A DNA stretch of 64,000 bases. Source: Candidatus Poribacteria bacterium (GTDB lineage Bacteria > Poribacteria > WGA-4E > JAJDTR01). Under the pieces are notes generated by a model, which made no database searches, had not been told where the DNA came from, and saw nothing but the letters and a program-made list of their open reading frames with translations. The translations under genes and the position numbers were made by a program. The DNA lies in NCBI GenBank assembly GCA_965222225.1, contig CBDCTK010000002.1, positions 3,488,001-3,552,000 on the forward strand. The letters run 5' to 3'. Shown here one piece after another: positions 62,571 through 64,000 of the stretch (positions are counted from its first letter, which is position 1; each line of letters starts with the position of its first letter).

Positions 62571-63302
62571 ATGTTAGAAACCAGAGATCTAACCAAAGTC
62601 TATGACAACACGATTTTGGCTGTTAATGAGCTGAACCTGAAGATCGAACCGGGCGAGATTTACGTTATCCTCGGCGCGAATGGCGCGGGAAAAAGCACCA
62701 CCATCTCCATGCTCCTGAATTTCATCGACCCAACCAGTGGTACCGCGCTGGTTAATGACATCGAAATCCCCAAGTTTCCGCTTGAAGCTAAGAAGCATCT
62801 CGCTTACGTTTCCGAAAACGTGGAGTTGTATCGCAACTTCACGGCTCGGCAGAATCTGGAGTTTTTCACCAAGCTCGGCGGAAAAACGAAGGTGACTCGC
62901 GACGAACTGGACGCGACGCTTGCCCGCGTTGGGTTGCCGGAAGAATCATTCAAGCGACGAGTGAAGACTTTGTCAAAGGGGATGCGGCAACGGTTGGGGA
63001 TTGCAATAGCCATTATGAAGGGCGCTGATGCGGTGCTGCTTGACGAGCCGACTTCCGGATTGGACCCGAAGGGTGGCGCGGATTTCCTGAACCTATTGCG
63101 CGAATTGAGGAGCGAACGGAAAGCCATCTTCATGTCCACTCACGACATATTCCGCGCCAAGGAAATCGCCGATAGGATTGGGATTCTCGTGCAAGGCAGT
63201 TTGGTTCGCGAGCTATCCCGCCAAGAAATTGAATCCGAAGATTTGGAAGCCCTATACCTGCGATATGTGGCAGGATACGAATCGGAAGAAGAAGTAGCAT
63301 AA
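62571..63302 (+). CDS. ABC transporter ATP-binding protein
   Basis: GANGAGKST, LSKGMRQR, LLDEPTSGLDP, STH. Confidence 0.95.
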   Translation: MLETRDLTKVYDNTILAVNELNLKIEPGEIYVILGANGAGKSTTISMLLNFIDPTSGTALVNDIEIPKFPLEAKKHLAYVSENVELYRNFTARQNLEFFTKLGGKTKVTRDELDATLARVGLPEESFKRRVKTLSKGMRQRLGIAIAIMKGADAVLLDEPTSGLDPKGGADFLNLLRELRSERKAIFMSTHDIFRAKEIADRIGILVQGSLVRELSRQEIESEDLEALYLRYVAGYESEEEVA

Positions 63303-63309
63303 ACAGTTA

Positions 63310-63501
63310 GCTCGACCTTGTACATTTGTAGAGCGGGATCGGCGATCGTCAAATCACCGATTTCCCCTCTTACTGTCCACCAGCCTTTGAAAGCACCCGA
63401 GGCGATCAACTGAGTGAATAGCGACGGCGATAGAGATCCCACAGGTATAGAACGACTCAAATGACCAAGAATAGCTTTGCCACCATTATTCAAACAGGTT
63501 C
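63310..63501. mobile_element. 192-bp MITE-like element with hybrid ends
   Basis: Left end GCTCGACCTTGTACATTT (as 47012 element); right end TTCAAACAGGTTC and interior similar to the 22347 element. Confidence 0.65.
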
Positions 63502-63521
63502 TGAAGAAGGAGAAAATTCGC

Positions 63522-64000
63522 TTGGAAAGTAAATGTCTCTTGTTGCTTGCCAGTTTGATGTTTCTATCAAGTCATGAGCCGCTCTGTTCACAAGCAGTGG
63601 ATTCCCAAGCTGCGTCACAACCTGAAAACGCGCGCACCAAAGATGACCAGTTGCGCCAGATTCAAATCGATAAAGCCAAACTCGACATGGATCTCGCCAA
63701 AAAGCTGATGGAGAAAAAAGAGGATGAGCTTAAGAACCTAAAGAATATGCTCCAAGAAGCGAACAACATTGTGACCGTCCTAGAGGTGAATCGTGCGGAG
63801 GAGGAATACGAGCGCGCCAAGGCAGTCTATGAGGGTGCGAAACTGGACTTGCAAAACGTTGAGCTTGATTCGCTGAAGGCGGCTTGGCACATCACTATCT
63901 TGGGTACTCGGCGGTATGAAGCACGAGATGGACGAGAAATGTTCTCTATCACGCTAAAAAACAGCTCACTGCCGGTCACATTGGAGGAGAGCTCACGGGT
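63522..64000 (+). CDS. Secreted coiled-coil protein, partial (probable ABC-associated accessory protein)
   Basis: AAGGAG RBS, TTG start, signal peptide, helical QIQIDKAKLDM..EEYERAK, open to the window end; absent from ORF track. Confidence 0.65.
   Translation, partial: MESKCLLLLASLMFLSSHEPLCSQAVDSQAASQPENARTKDDQLRQIQIDKAKLDMDLAKKLMEKKEDELKNLKNMLQEANNIVTVLEVNRAEEEYERAKAVYEGAKLDLQNVELDSLKAAWHITILGTRRYEARDGREMFSITLKNSSLPVTLEESSR

Overview
64-kb bacterial window. Features such as WD40/cohesin/dockerin proteins ending in a 'LLQNYPNPFNPETW' domain and expanded ABC-2 permease paralogues suggest Candidatus Poribacteria (inference). It holds housekeeping genes (partial pbpC, purE, recG, a loop-deleted tRNA nucleotidyltransferase, thrS, iscS, rluD-like) and a Gly-Cys-Val tRNA operon. 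A degenerate IS1 splits a gene, and there is an IS5 remnant plus a family of small modular inverted-repeat elements. A ~19-kb envelope/signalling cluster runs from a TonB-dependent receptor and two large secreted multidomain proteins through a PorV-like barrel/transglutaminase fusion, a FecR-like protein, a CHASE2 kinase and an NtrC-type regulator to a sigma54-promoted sigma70 factor. Three A/B pairs of ABC permeases occur with a single ATPase. The highlight is a gene that the ORF track splits at 57833-58972. It encodes a bacterial homologue of eukaryotic selenoprotein N (WGALDDESC-UGA-ANG) with a bacterial SECIS-like hairpin right after the UGA. No CRISPR array or rRNA was seen.
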